Shown piece by piece: positions 1 to 9,192 of a stretch of 64,000 bases of DNA. The stretch lies in the NCBI GenBank assembly GCA_018969615.1, contig JAGWYA010000001.1:169141-233140 (forward strand), in the 5' to 3' direction. The notes under the pieces are model-generated. The model had not been told where the DNA came from and did not search any database. It saw nothing but the letters and a program-made list of their open reading frames with translations. The stretch's first letter is position 1; the number at the start of each line of letters is the position of its first letter. The DNA is from Patescibacteria group bacterium. GTDB lineage: Bacteria > Patescibacteriota > Minisyncoccia > UBA6257 > 02-FULL-45-10c. Position numbers and translations under genes: made by a program.

Positions 1-690
1 CGCCGAAAACACGGATCTCATATTGCGCATGGCCGTCGAGCCGCAAACGCAAAAAATGGAACAAGTTATGCAGATCGATCTTCCAATACCACTGCGTATA
101 ATTCGCGACCGACAAGCCGATCCGAGAAAGCTCACGGGTAAGCCCCATCTCAAGCATTTCCTGATAGGCGCTGTACTGATCCTTATAAAGCCCCTTCAGG
201 AGCTCAAGTGCCCTGGCTTCCTGGGTCGACGTCAGCCGTTCGTTCCCCCGTCCCTGCCGGTTCGTTTGCGACTGCTTCCGCAAAACCTCGGCGGGCGGAA
301 GATAGAACTCATCAAGCATCTCCGAATAGCGGCCGGAATATTCATTCACGTTCGCGGTCCGATGACGGATCCACTGCCGTGCGACGAAGATCGGCATCTT
401 GCAGTGGAACTTCAGCTCAGCCATCTCGAGCGGCGACGTGTGCGCGTTGCGCATAAGATAGCGAAGAAGCCCCTGGTCCTGATTTACCTGCTTTGTCCCT
501 TTACCATACGAGACCCGTGCCGAGCGGGCGATCTCAGAATCGCTTCCGAGATAATCCACGAGATACACAAATCCATGGTCAAGGCATTTGATCGGCCGAT
601 TCAGCCACTTCTCCGCACCGGGATTCACCGGGCGCAGCGTGGACTGCTTCTCAGCGCTGATGCGAGGCGGTAATTTTTCGCGTTTCATAG
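1..690 (-). CDS. thyX: Flavin-dependent thymidylate synthase ThyX. N-terminal part only; the gene runs off the window start.
   Basis: Minus-strand ATG at 688-690 preceded by GGAGG. Translation MKREKLPPRISAEKQ...RHRTANVNEYSGRYSE contains the ThyX RHR-x7-S motif. Open to position 1, so absent from the ORF track. Confidence 0.85.
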
Positions 691-757
691 TTCCTCCTTA
701 TGAGTGAGCTGGCCTTAGTGTACGACCGAACCGTCGGAGAATCAAGAAAACAGACGC

Positions 758-1297
758 TTAGCGTTCGTTCTTGAGGATCCCGCCCGGACCTTCATGAAAT
801 TCTACGACCTTTTGCATAAGCACTGAAACATCGGTATCAGACCGTTTCATCGTCACGCCGAGGCGCTCGCAGACTTCGCCCTGATGCCCGGCAACGCTGT
901 CGGCATTATATTCCTGCAAATAGCAGATATTCTTGATGCCCGCCGCAACAAGTTCGTCAAAACAGCCGCTACTGTTGCACGGACGGATCGTCACATAGGC
1001 ACTCCCGCCCTGCAGATGATGATAGAGATCGTTCGCTTTGGCGCGGGACAAGGCGTTCTTTTCCGCGTGATTCTTCACCCGGACACAGTGCCCGTTCTCC
1101 ATAAGACATCCGATCTCATCGCAATGCGCTTCTCCCGGCAGCGATCCGTTATAGCCGGTCGCGACCACATTGCCGTTCTTATCCACTAACACACAGCCGA
1201 CACGTGCGCGGGGGCAGGTCGCCCGACACGACGCCGAAAACGCCAGCCACAAGCCGTATTCTTCTTTCGTAAGGCGCTTGGCAGCGGTCTTGGTCAT
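758..1297 (-). CDS. dCMP deaminase (cytidine/deoxycytidylate deaminase family).
   Basis: Internal Met51 of track ORF 758..1447 (MTKTAAKRL...). HAE and PCxxC zinc motifs (HCDEIGC...HAEKNA...PCNSSGC). Immediately upstream of thyX, which is functionally coherent (dUMP to dTMP). Confidence 0.8.
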   Translation of the reverse strand: MTKTAAKRLTKEEYGLWLAFSASCRATCPRARVGCVLVDKNGNVVATGYNGSLPGEAHCDEIGCLMENGHCVRVKNHAEKNALSRAKANDLYHHLQGGSAYVTIRPCNSSGCFDELVAAGIKNICYLQEYNADSVAGHQGEVCERLGVTMKRSDTDVSVLMQKVVEFHEGPGGILKNER

Positions 1298-1345
1298 TAC
1301 TTCAAAAGTAAACCAAAACCTCCCCGCGGGCAAATAAAAAAGAGC

Positions 1346-1480
1346 GCTACTTAGCGCTCTTATTTTTCTTCGCCTCCGCTCTCCGAAGTCGCCTGACAAA
1401 CAGCAGAGCAAAAATATATACCAAAAAGCAAGCGAAGCCAACAACAAGAAAAGGGACGAAGTCGTGGATAAACTTATTCA
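1346..1480 (-). CDS. Possible 44-aa single-TM protein (MNKFIHDFVPFLVVGFACFLVYIFALLFVRRLRRAEAKKNKSAK).
   Basis: ATG at 1478-1480 (minus). Hydrophobic core, stop inside a terminator-like hairpin GAGCGCT...AGCGCTC. Alternative frame of the long TTG-initiated track ORF. Confidence 0.25.
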
Positions 1481-1506
1481 TAGTGATCACCAGATCAACG
1501 TTCTGC

Positions 1507-1526
1507 AATTATCATAAATGATAATT
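1507..1526. promoter_or_regulatory. 20-bp palindrome AATTATCATAAATGATAATT in the upstream region of the small-ORF/dCMP-deaminase/thyX operon. Candidate operator.
   Basis: Perfect 9-bp arms read directly. Sits in an AT-rich 5' region of a minus-strand operon. Confidence 0.3.
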
Positions 1527-1629
1527 AGTCAAAGTCAACAAAAAATCCGTTCCCCTCTCTCTCAACAAAGTTTTGTAAGATATCGCGGAGAAAATAGGAA
1601 CGCTAAATCCATAAATAAAAGCAAAGAAT

Positions 1630-1699
1630 GATAAAAAAGAAGCGGCAGCTCTTTTTACAGCGTAAGAACTCGGTGCTGTAAAAAGAATTGCCGCTTCTT
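1630..1699 (-). terminator. Rho-independent terminator of groEL.
   Basis: AAGAAGCGGCA...TGCCGCTTCTT long stem with an inner CTTTTTACAGC/GCTGTAAAAAG stem, followed on the minus strand by TTTTTTAT. Confidence 0.7.
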
Positions 1700-1730
1700 C
1701 CGGTTATCAGAGATATCTTACAAAACGAGC

Positions 1731-3374
1731 CTACATCATTCCGCCCATACCTCCCGGCATGCCGCCCATCGGCGGATTCTGTTTCGGCTCCGGCTTCTCC
1801 GTCACCGCCGCACCGATCGTCAGGTATGTTGCCGCGACCGAAACCGCGTTCATAAATGCCGTCTTCGTCACTTTGAGCGGATCGATGATCCCCGCTTTCT
1901 TGAGATCGACGATCTCGTTCGTCATCGCATTGAATCCGAGCCATGCGTTCTTCTCTTTCTGCGCAGCAAGCTGCTGTACGACGGAGTCCGCATTCTGACC
2001 GCTGTTCTCCGCGATCGCCCGCACCGGCGCCTCCAGCGCCTTGAGCACGATCGTATGCGCCGCTTTTTCCACGTCGGATTCGTTCTTATTCCCCCGGTTC
2101 GCAAGGTACACATTAAAGAGCGCCATGCCGCCGCCCGGAACGATCCCTTCTTCCATCGCCGCGCGCGTTGCGAACACCGCATCTTCCACGCGCTGTTTCA
2201 GTTCTTTCTGCGCCGATTCGGTCGGGGCGCCCACTTTAATGACCGCCACGCCGCCGGACAGCTTGCCGATGCGCTCCTGGAGCTTCTCTTTGTCAAAATC
2301 GGAATCGGTTTTCTTCAGCTGAGCCTTCAGCTGAGTTACCCTTTCTGCGATCTGCTTCGCATCGCCGGCGCCGCCGACAATGGTCGTATTATCTTTCGTT
2401 GAAACCACCCGGCGCGCATGGCCGAGCTGAGAGACATCCACCGCATCAAGCTTCTTCCCCACTTCATCAGTGATAAAGTCCGCGCCGGTCACGATGCAGA
2501 TATCCTGCAGCATTTCCTTGCGGCGGTCGCCGAAGCCCGGCGCTTTGACCGCGAGCACAGAAAAGATCCCGCGAAGCTTGTTCAACACCAAGGTCGTCAA
2601 TGCCTCACCGTCGATATCATCGGCGATGATGACCATTTCTTTTTTCCCGCTCTGAACCACTTTCTCAAGCAACGGAAGGATCTCCTGGATCGACGACACT
2701 TTTTTATCGGTTACTAAAATAAGCGGGTCCTCCATGACCGATTCCATCTTTTCAGCGTTCGTCACCATATACTGCGACACATAGCCGCGGTCGAACTGCA
2801 TACCCTCCACCATTTCATAGGAGTTCACGATCGTGTTCGAATCCTCCACCGTCACCACGCCGTCCTTCCCGACCTTCTCCATAACTTCGGCGATCAGCTT
2901 ACCGATCTCCTTGTGCTTTGCGGAAAGGGTCGCGACCTCTTCGATCTTTTTATTGTCATTGATCATCTCGCGCTGCTTCTCAAGCGCTTTGACCACGCTT
3001 TCCGTGGACGCCTTCAGCTGTTCAGCCAGCTGGATCACATTGAATCCTTTGGCCTGGATCGCTTTCTCGCCTTCTTCGATCATCGTATGCGCAAGCACGA
3101 TCGAGGTCGTCGTCCCGTCGCCGACGTTGTCGTTCGTTTTATCCGCCGCCTGCTTGATCAGCTCGGCGCCAAGATTCTCGAACTTGTCCTCAAGTTCGAT
3201 CTCTTTCGCCACGGTCACGCCGTCGAGCGTCACCTGCGGCGCACCGAAACCCTTTTCCACGACAACCGCACGGCCGCGCGGACCGAGCGTCATGCGCACC
3301 GCTTCCGCAAGCACATCAATGCCCTTCTTGAGCGAGATGCGCGCTTCTTCATTGAATTGAACGAGTTTTGCCAT
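1731..3374 (-). CDS. groL: Chaperonin GroEL (Cpn60).
   Basis: 547 aa. MAKLVQFNEEAR...GGMPGGMGGMM. Canonical GroEL start and GGM C-terminal tail. Confidence 0.97.
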   Translation of the reverse strand: MAKLVQFNEEARISLKKGIDVLAEAVRMTLGPRGRAVVVEKGFGAPQVTLDGVTVAKEIELEDKFENLGAELIKQAADKTNDNVGDGTTTSIVLAHTMIEEGEKAIQAKGFNVIQLAEQLKASTESVVKALEKQREMINDNKKIEEVATLSAKHKEIGKLIAEVMEKVGKDGVVTVEDSNTIVNSYEMVEGMQFDRGYVSQYMVTNAEKMESVMEDPLILVTDKKVSSIQEILPLLEKVVQSGKKEMVIIADDIDGEALTTLVLNKLRGIFSVLAVKAPGFGDRRKEMLQDICIVTGADFITDEVGKKLDAVDVSQLGHARRVVSTKDNTTIVGGAGDAKQIAERVTQLKAQLKKTDSDFDKEKLQERIGKLSGGVAVIKVGAPTESAQKELKQRVEDAVFATRAAMEEGIVPGGGMALFNVYLANRGNKNESDVEKAAHTIVLKALEAPVRAIAENSGQNADSVVQQLAAQKEKNAWLGFNAMTNEIVDLKKAGIIDPLKVTKTAFMNAVSVAATYLTIGAAVTEKPEPKQNPPMGGMPGGMGGMM

Positions 3375-3463
3375 ATGATTTGTTCTAGTGATAAATGATG
3401 TAATTGTTCTATCGCTGCGCTTGTCCGACTACAACAAGTAGAACATTTAGAACGACTTGAACG

Positions 3464-3757
3464 CTACTTAATAATTGCCACGATATCGGATTCCTCTCCG
3501 ACCAGATATTTCTTTCCGTCGACCTCAAGCTCATCAGGCCCGTATTTTTTGAACAAAACCAGATCGCCCACCTTCACCGCCATCTTCACGCGCGTTCCCT
3601 TGTCGTTCAATTTGCCGGGACCCACCGCGACCACCTTCGCCTTCACCGGGCGCTCTTTCTCGGCCGTATCCGGGATAATGATCCCCGACTTCGTTGTCTT
3701 CATCTCATCCTCGACCGGCTCTAGAAACACTCTGTCGTTCAATGGTTGTAATTTCAT
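3464..3757 (-). CDS. groS: Co-chaperonin GroES (Cpn10).
   Basis: 97 aa. [16 protein letters not shown]...[13 protein letters not shown]. Directly upstream of groL. Confidence 0.95.
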   Translation of the reverse strand: MKLQPLNDRVFLEPVEDEMKTTKSGIIIPDTAEKERPVKAKVVAVGPGKLNDKGTRVKMAVKVGDLVLFKKYGPDELEVDGKKYLVGEESDIVAIIK

Positions 3758-3859
3758 AGTGATAAATTTAAGAGTTACGCGACTTTTTATATATACTAAA
3801 TTATCCCTTATTTTAACACTCTTGTACCAAGGATTCCAGCCTTATTCGGAACAACGCTA

Positions 3860-3889
3860 AAAATAAAAAGCTCCTTATTTAAAAGGAGC
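3860..3889 (-). terminator. Terminator of the hypothetical gene 3875..4225. Hairpin GCTCCTT-ATTTAA-AAGGAGC plus a T-run on the minus strand.
   Basis: 7-bp stem overlapping the stop codon. A-run 3860-3869 on the plus strand. Confidence 0.5.
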
Positions 3890-4225
3890 AATGAGCCGAA
3901 GAATATCCTTCTTCACCGAAGCAAGTAGCTGCTTCATCTCATCGGAAGAGTTGCTGTCCTCGGGCAAAAGCACGAACACGATGGCCTTGACCAGCGGATG
4001 CTTGCGAAGGTGTTCCTTGCGTTTATTGTCCAGGTTCCCCCTGGCGCTTTTCACCTGAACCGCCAGTGAAGAACCGTTATTTAAAAAGAGCAGAAAATCG
4101 ATCCCCTCGCAGTCCAGCCGGTCACTTTGCCGATTCCGAAGATATCCCCGAAGACATCTTTCTTTTTCCAATTCGCGCAATGCCTCTTCCACAAGATCTT
4201 CCCACGGATTCAGTTGTTTCGCCAA
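3875..4225 (-). CDS. Hypothetical protein (116 aa).
   Basis: ORF with its own terminator. No recognisable motif. Confidence 0.5.
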   Translation of the reverse strand: MAKQLNPWEDLVEEALRELEKERCLRGYLRNRQSDRLDCEGIDFLLFLNNGSSLAVQVKSARGNLDNKRKEHLRKHPLVKAIVFVLLPEDSNSSDEMKQLLASVKKDILRLIAPFK

Positions 4226-4285
4226 GTTCGGCCTCTAGGACGATTTCAAAGATATCGCTTTCAGTATAGGAAGCTTTTGCTTTTC

Positions 4286-5002
4286 TTACAAGTTATCAAC
4301 GTACTCCTTGATGCGTTTCGTGTGCGGGTGGAATTCCAGCTCGGCATCGCTGATCACCAGGCGCGGTTCATAGGTATCGCGCGCGGATGTCGCCCGGGCC
4401 ATATGGCTCAGCTGGATCTTTTTCAGAAACCGCTCCATAATATCGCCGTACCATCCCGACAAGACCCATCCCTTCATCCGAACGATCGCATAAGTACGCG
4501 CTGAAGCGAATCGTGCATCGGGCGCAAAGCTCCTCTTTTCATTAAGCCATCCGGCGTTGGCATCATAGAACGCCTGGATCGCGCGGGGGTCGCCAAAGAC
4601 CGGAACCAGCGAACGATAAAGGTGTTGCCAGTATGTATTGTGCGGCGGCGAAAGCCGATACGATGCCGGCGTTACAAAATGATTAAAACAAAAGCGGTCT
4701 TTCGTCTGCCCAGCCGCCGCTGGCGCCGCAGCAGCGAGCCTCGTCGCAGAATGACGGGAGCCCTGCGAGGGATGCCGCGCCCATAATCCGAGCGAGGCAA
4801 AGATCACAAAGCATCCCATGCGCGCCGTAAAGATCCGTCCGGTGCGAACCCCGACGATCACGTCAAAGTCGGAATCCTCACGCGGCTCACCCGTCGCCAT
4901 CGATCCCGCGACCAGCACAAAATCAACGAACGGAACCAGGCGGAAAAGCCGCACATACCGCAACAGTTTTTTCCACTTCTTATCGCTCACTGCGCTTGAC
5001 AT
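4286..5002 (-). CDS. Nucleotidyltransferase-fold protein (Pol-beta superfamily).
   Basis: AGSMATGEPREDSDFDVIVGV matches the GS-x9-13-DxD minimal nucleotidyltransferase motif. Confidence 0.55.
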   Translation of the reverse strand: MSSAVSDKKWKKLLRYVRLFRLVPFVDFVLVAGSMATGEPREDSDFDVIVGVRTGRIFTARMGCFVIFASLGLWARHPSQGSRHSATRLAAAAPAAAGQTKDRFCFNHFVTPASYRLSPPHNTYWQHLYRSLVPVFGDPRAIQAFYDANAGWLNEKRSFAPDARFASARTYAIVRMKGWVLSGWYGDIMERFLKKIQLSHMARATSARDTYEPRLVISDAELEFHPHTKRIKEYVDNL

Positions 5003-5065
5003 TTATTTAATATAATGTTATATTAATACCGGTACAAACCTCGTATCCCCCGTAAGGAGGAACGT

Positions 5066-5257
5066 ATGAAAGCCATGACGAAGTGGGAGTTCTGGGGACT
5101 GACCGCCATGACTTTACTGCTGTTCATCGGCCCCCACTGGATCAACAAGCAGTACGGGCTCGCTACCGGCATCGGCGCCGCTGTCGCGGGAGTGCTCGCC
5201 GTCATCTACGTGTTCAACTTCCCGAAGCCCATCCGGATCCCCCCTACCGAAAGGTAG
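5066..5257 (+). CDS. Small membrane protein (63 aa, 2 TM).
   Basis: AAGGAGG RBS 6 nt upstream of the ATG. Followed directly by a strong terminator. Confidence 0.65.
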   Translation: MKAMTKWEFWGLTAMTLLLFIGPHWINKQYGLATGIGAAVAGVLAVIYVFNFPKPIRIPPTER

Positions 5258-5270
5258 GGGGTTGTTTTTT
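5240..5270 (+). terminator. Rho-independent terminator (CCCCCTACC-GAAA-GGTAGGGGG plus TTTTTT). Possibly bidirectional, since it abuts the rmuC 3' end.
   Basis: 9-bp GC-rich stem, GNRA-like loop, T6. Confidence 0.8.
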
Positions 5271-6315
5271 ATTCCCGCTCCGCGATCTCAGGGCGCTCAA
5301 GAAGCTCCGGTTCAATACCCACGGCACTGTCAGTGATCTTGAGAACATCCTTATCGATCTTCCCCAGTTCCTTATAGGCGCTGTTATACATATTCACGGA
5401 CGTTCCCAAATGTCCGCCGAGCTTTTTCATATATTCTTCATAGCTCGAAAGATGCTTTCCAAGCGCCTCCACGCGCTTGCGGATCTCTTTTGCCGACTCT
5501 TCGATCTGCAACGCCTTCAGTCCCTGTAAAACCGTCTGGAGATACGCCAAGAACGAGGTCGGCGACACAATGATCACGTGCTTGTCTTTGAACGCATACT
5601 GCACCAGGTCCTGCGTGTTCACTTTTACCGCGCCAACCTTGTTGATCAACAGATCGTAATAGATCGCTTCGGCGGGGATGAACATGAACGCAAAATCCAT
5701 CGTCCCCTCTTCGGGCTTCACGTATTTCGCGGTCTCGTCGATGCGGTTCTTCAGATCCTGTTTGAATAATTTTTCCGCATCCTCTTTCGACGCTTCATCG
5801 CGCGCGTCCAAGATGCGGTTATAATTCTCCAAACTGAACTTTGAATCGATCGGGATGATCTTGTCCTGCACGAAGATAACCGCATCAACGATCACGCCGT
5901 CCTTGAACGGATACTGCATCTGATACCGGCCCGGCGGAAGCACATTCTTCAAAAGGTTCTCGAGATAATATTCGCCCAAAATACCGCGCTGCTTCGGATT
6001 CTTCAGAATATCCTGCAGGTTCTGCAGCTGGTCCGCAAAGCTCACCACCTGGCGGTTCGTTTCATCCAATTTGGTCAGCCGCTCCGTCACGTCGCGGATG
6101 ATCTTTGCGCTCTCGCTGAACTGCGACTGCATCGAACGCGTCGATTCGCCGAGCTTCGTATCCAATGTTCGGCGCAGATCGCCCAGTTGGTTCTGAAGCA
6201 TCAGCAACGATTGATCGTCCCGCTTCTCTTCCTGCGGGCGCTGTTTGATCGCGCTATACAGCAACACAAAACCGGCGACAAGGATAACGGCAAGAAGAAG
6301 TATCATGGGATCCAT
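5269..6315 (-). CDS. rmuC: DNA recombination protein RmuC.
   Basis: N-terminal TM helix then a long coiled coil and the RmuC C-terminal domain (...GILGEYYLENLL...FMFIPAEAIYYDL...). Start chosen at internal Met27 (MDPMILLL); upstream alternative at 6393. Confidence 0.8.
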   Translation of the reverse strand: MDPMILLLAVILVAGFVLLYSAIKQRPQEEKRDDQSLLMLQNQLGDLRRTLDTKLGESTRSMQSQFSESAKIIRDVTERLTKLDETNRQVVSFADQLQNLQDILKNPKQRGILGEYYLENLLKNVLPPGRYQMQYPFKDGVIVDAVIFVQDKIIPIDSKFSLENYNRILDARDEASKEDAEKLFKQDLKNRIDETAKYVKPEEGTMDFAFMFIPAEAIYYDLLINKVGAVKVNTQDLVQYAFKDKHVIIVSPTSFLAYLQTVLQGLKALQIEESAKEIRKRVEALGKHLSSYEEYMKKLGGHLGTSVNMYNSAYKELGKIDKDVLKITDSAVGIEPELLERPEIAERE

Positions 6316-6586
6316 ACGGATATTGTAACATGGCGGCAAGCTCAGGATAAATCTTTCGGCGAGTTTATGCTGAGTAAAATCCGAAGCACTCAAAATAAAT
6401 AAAAAAACCGCCCGGTATTACACGGGCGGATAGCCAAGCGCACGAAAGATCGCTTTGGCGCAGGTCACTGAAAGGTTCGTCAGAAGCTTCAGGATGCCGA
6501 GATACTTCAAGATCGGCATTGTCAGAACGGCGATGATCAATGCGGCGAGCATAGCACTGATGATCGCCTCCGGCACCTTGCTGCGT

Positions 6587-7222
6587 TCAGGCTTTTGCGT
6601 CATGGCGCACCTCCCTGGCCTTGTCGGCCTTTGCGAAGATCAGTCTTTGCAAATTCTCGTTGCCGAAGATCGGCGGCAGATACAATTCATAACCGCTTGC
6701 TGCATGCGGATCAAAAAATTTCCCTCGCTCCCAAAAATCAAGCACGAAGCGTATGAAATTACATGAACATCCGCTTTTGCCCGAAGGCATCGCTGAGATC
6801 AAGAGCCAGTCACCCGCTCGCTTGCTGAGGGCACTAACTGCCGCCCCTGCAAAACAGCAGTAATTTACGAAGATCAAATTCCCATAATGAGTGGAAAACG
6901 CTCGCTGAAGATCCCAATACCTAATGGTCTCCCTGCGGCGCGTTCCGCAAACACCCAAACCCTTCTTCCAGCCATGACCGACATAAAAAAGACAGATATC
7001 TCCAAAAGGGTCGTGAGAGATGATGCGTTTCAGTTCATGGAGAATAGAACGTGCGGACCCCGGACTACCATCCGGCATAAAAGTAAAAATATCCCCTTTA
7101 TGAAAGCCAAGCTTTTTCAGCAAAGATGATCCTATCATCGCCGCCCGGGCCGTGAATCGATCAGAAAGTCCGATATGGTGATCATCGGCATTCGGCATGC
7201 CGATCACGATGATCGCCTTCAT
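6587..7222 (-). CDS. Putative minimal caspase-like (C14/CHF-class) cysteine peptidase.
   Basis: Start at Met37 (MKAIIVIGMPN). Rossmann-like beta1, then His in LFYVGHGW and Cys in IFVNYCCFAGA about 48 aa apart, matching the caspase/metacaspase His-Gly...Cys dyad layout. Inference from motif spacing only. Confidence 0.4.
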   Translation of the reverse strand: MKAIIVIGMPNADDHHIGLSDRFTARAAMIGSSLLKKLGFHKGDIFTFMPDGSPGSARSILHELKRIISHDPFGDICLFYVGHGWKKGLGVCGTRRRETIRYWDLQRAFSTHYGNLIFVNYCCFAGAAVSALSKRAGDWLLISAMPSGKSGCSCNFIRFVLDFWERGKFFDPHAASGYELYLPPIFGNENLQRLIFAKADKAREVRHDAKA

Positions 7223-7292
7223 GACAACCTCTTCGTTTCGAAAAACTTTTTGTAGTTTACCGAAAAACAAGGTACGATACAAGAATATTTCC

Positions 7293-8066
7293 ATGTCATT
7301 TTTTGACCACAACAACGTCGAACAGTTCAAAGAAGAATCCGGCTACGACATCAACGGCCGCTGGTATCCGCGCGTCACCAAGATTGTCGGGATCAAATCA
7401 AAGCCGGCACTCTATTATTTTTACGGCGAAGCGCCGAGCTTTAAGGCCGCCAAGGCCATGACGGAGAATTCCGCGAAAGAAGGCACCGCGGTCCATGAAG
7501 CCGTGGAAAAGATCATGGTCGGCGAAACGCCGGAGATCCCTGAAGCGATCCTGCCGGCAGTGCGCGGGTACCAGGAATTCGTCAAAGAACGGGCGATCGA
7601 TGTAAGGCCGGAACATGTTGAGAAGCGCATCTTCCACCCCGTCCACCGCTATGCGGGCACCATCGATGCGCTCGCAACGATCGACGGCAAGTTCGGCGTG
7701 CTCGACATCAAGACCTCGCAGGCCATCTACCGCGATTATAATCTTCAAACCTCGGCCTATGTCGAAGCGCTCCTTGAAGAGTTCCCGCAGATCGAAACCC
7801 GCTGGATCCTCCGCATCGACCAGGTCCATACCTGCCTGCAGTGCGGCGCGACGATGCGCCCGAAAGGAGGCCGCAACAAGGTGCGCCGCGGAAAGCGGCT
7901 CCCCTGCTATCCGGAACATACCTGGTCCGATCTAACCGGCATCACCGAGCTCCAGGAATTCCCCGACTGGAAGAGCGACTTTGAAGCATTCCTCGGCGCC
8001 AAGAGGCTCTGGGAATGGGAGAACGAGAAGTGGCTGAAACTCGCAGGCTATTTCGACGGGAAATAA
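7293..8066 (+). CDS. PD-(D/E)xK superfamily nuclease.
   Basis: Start at Met33 (MSFFDHNN). Motifs AGTIDAL...LDIKTS...QTSAYVEAL fit D...(D/E)xK...Q..Y of RecB/Cas4-like nucleases. Inserted Cys cluster CLQCG...RLPCYP. Confidence 0.6.
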   Translation: MSFFDHNNVEQFKEESGYDINGRWYPRVTKIVGIKSKPALYYFYGEAPSFKAAKAMTENSAKEGTAVHEAVEKIMVGETPEIPEAILPAVRGYQEFVKERAIDVRPEHVEKRIFHPVHRYAGTIDALATIDGKFGVLDIKTSQAIYRDYNLQTSAYVEALLEEFPQIETRWILRIDQVHTCLQCGATMRPKGGRNKVRRGKRLPCYPEHTWSDLTGITELQEFPDWKSDFEAFLGAKRLWEWENEKWLKLAGYFDGK

Positions 8067-8125
8067 CCCGCATTGACACTCGCCACCCAGCGTAGTATGA
8101 TGTTGAGCGTAAATTAAACAGCACT

Positions 8126-8398
8126 ATGGCACATACAAAATCAGTCAGCGCAGCACATAATAATCGGGAATCCGAAGCAAAACGCCTTGGCGTCAAGAAA
8201 GCAGACGGCGAAATGGCGATGGCCGGACAGATCATTATCCGCCAGCGGGGCAGCAAATACTCTCTGGGAACGAACGTAAAGCAGGGCGCCGATGACACCA
8301 TCTACGCGATGAAGAACGGCAAAGTGAAGTTTACCACTTCCAAGAAAACCCGCTTCGACGGGACTCGCCGGAAAACAACGGTGGTCAGCGTTCTCTAA
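8126..8398 (+). CDS. rpmA: 50S ribosomal protein L27.
   Basis: MAHTKSVSAAHNNRESEAKRLGVKK...AGQIIIRQRGSKYSLGTNV. Canonical L27. Confidence 0.95.
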   Translation: MAHTKSVSAAHNNRESEAKRLGVKKADGEMAMAGQIIIRQRGSKYSLGTNVKQGADDTIYAMKNGKVKFTTSKKTRFDGTRRKTTVVSVL

Positions 8399-8400
8399 AC

Positions 8401-8430
8401 AAAAATACCCTTCGGGGTATTTTTGTTTTT
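8401..8430 (+). terminator. rpmA terminator (ATACCC-TTCG-GGGTAT plus T-run).
   Basis: Hairpin immediately after the stop, followed by TTTTTGTTTTT. Confidence 0.75.
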
Positions 8431-8458
8431 CCTTATTAGTTACTCTACCTCTCTGAGG

Positions 8459-8517
8459 GCAGGGATTATCTTTTCCGCAGCATAAGACCCCGGGACTGCG
8501 AAAAAGATAATCCCTGC
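8459..8517. terminator. Second, unusually long hairpin (22-bp arms, 21/22 complementary, 15-nt loop) between rpmA and nth. Likely the nth terminator or a bidirectional terminator.
   Basis: GCAGGGATTATCTTTTCCGCAG ... CTGCGAAAAAGATAATCCCTGC. The single mismatch becomes a G-U pair in the minus-strand transcript. Confidence 0.45.
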
Positions 8518-8523
8518 TATCCC

Positions 8524-9189
8524 TTATTTTTTAGGCCACCGCCGGGCAGCCGGCGGATACACCTTGGTGAGCGGATGACTTACACACGGATGCGGGCGCG
8601 CAGGACAAATGTCCCGGCCGTAACCGATCAGCCGATACGTGATTAGGAACCATTCTTTCTTCGGCAGCAATTCCATCAGATCCCGCTCGATCTGGATCGG
8701 GTCGCCCGAGTCGCTCAGATCGAACTTCAGCGCAAAGCGGCGCACATGCGTATCCACCGCGACCCCCTCAACGATGCCATACGCATTCCCCAAGACGACG
8801 TTCGCGGTCTTGCGGGCAACGCCCGGGATCGTCAGCATCTCCTCCATTGTCTTCGGCAGCTTCCCGCCAAAGCGCTTCTTTACGATCTTCGCCGCGGCGA
8901 GAATATTCTTCGCTTTGTTGCGATAAAATCCGGTGGAGTGAATATCACGCTCAAAGGCCGGCTGCTTCGCTTTTACATAATCGTCCAGCGTCCGGTATTT
9001 CTTGAACAGCGCCTTCGTCACTTCGTTCACTTTCTTGTCGGTGCACTGCGCGGATAAGATCACCGCAACCAAGAGCTCCCAATTATTCCGGTAATGAAGC
9101 GCCATCTTCGGATGCGGATAGAGCTTCTTGAGCACGCGAAGCATCTTCGCCATGCGCGCTTTCCGTACTTTCAATTGTGCCGGCGTCAT
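8524..9189 (-). CDS. nth: Endonuclease III-like HhH-GPD DNA glycosylase/lyase.
   Basis: HhH-GPD core (LPGVARKTANVVL...VDTHV). C-terminus retains only C-x6-C (ICPARPHPC) rather than the full 4-Cys Fe-S motif. Confidence 0.8.
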   Translation of the reverse strand: MTPAQLKVRKARMAKMLRVLKKLYPHPKMALHYRNNWELLVAVILSAQCTDKKVNEVTKALFKKYRTLDDYVKAKQPAFERDIHSTGFYRNKAKNILAAAKIVKKRFGGKLPKTMEEMLTIPGVARKTANVVLGNAYGIVEGVAVDTHVRRFALKFDLSDSGDPIQIERDLMELLPKKEWFLITYRLIGYGRDICPARPHPCVSHPLTKVYPPAARRWPKK

Positions 9190-9192
9190 ACG

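Noticed and set aside
23-673. 216-aa plus-strand ORF in the ORF track.
   Set aside because: It is the antisense shadow of thyX. The minus strand here encodes a clean ThyX with the RHR-x7-S motif and a GGAGG RBS.
3758-3874. CIRCE (TTAGCACTC-N9-GAGTGCTAA) upstream of groES.
   Set aside because: Only a single GAGTGTTAA-like half-site is present and no inverted partner at N9. I could not support a CIRCE/HrcA operator.
6418-6603. 61-aa minus-strand ORF overlapping the 3' end of the caspase-like gene.
   Set aside because: Overlaps a better-supported gene, and has a weak start context with no RBS.
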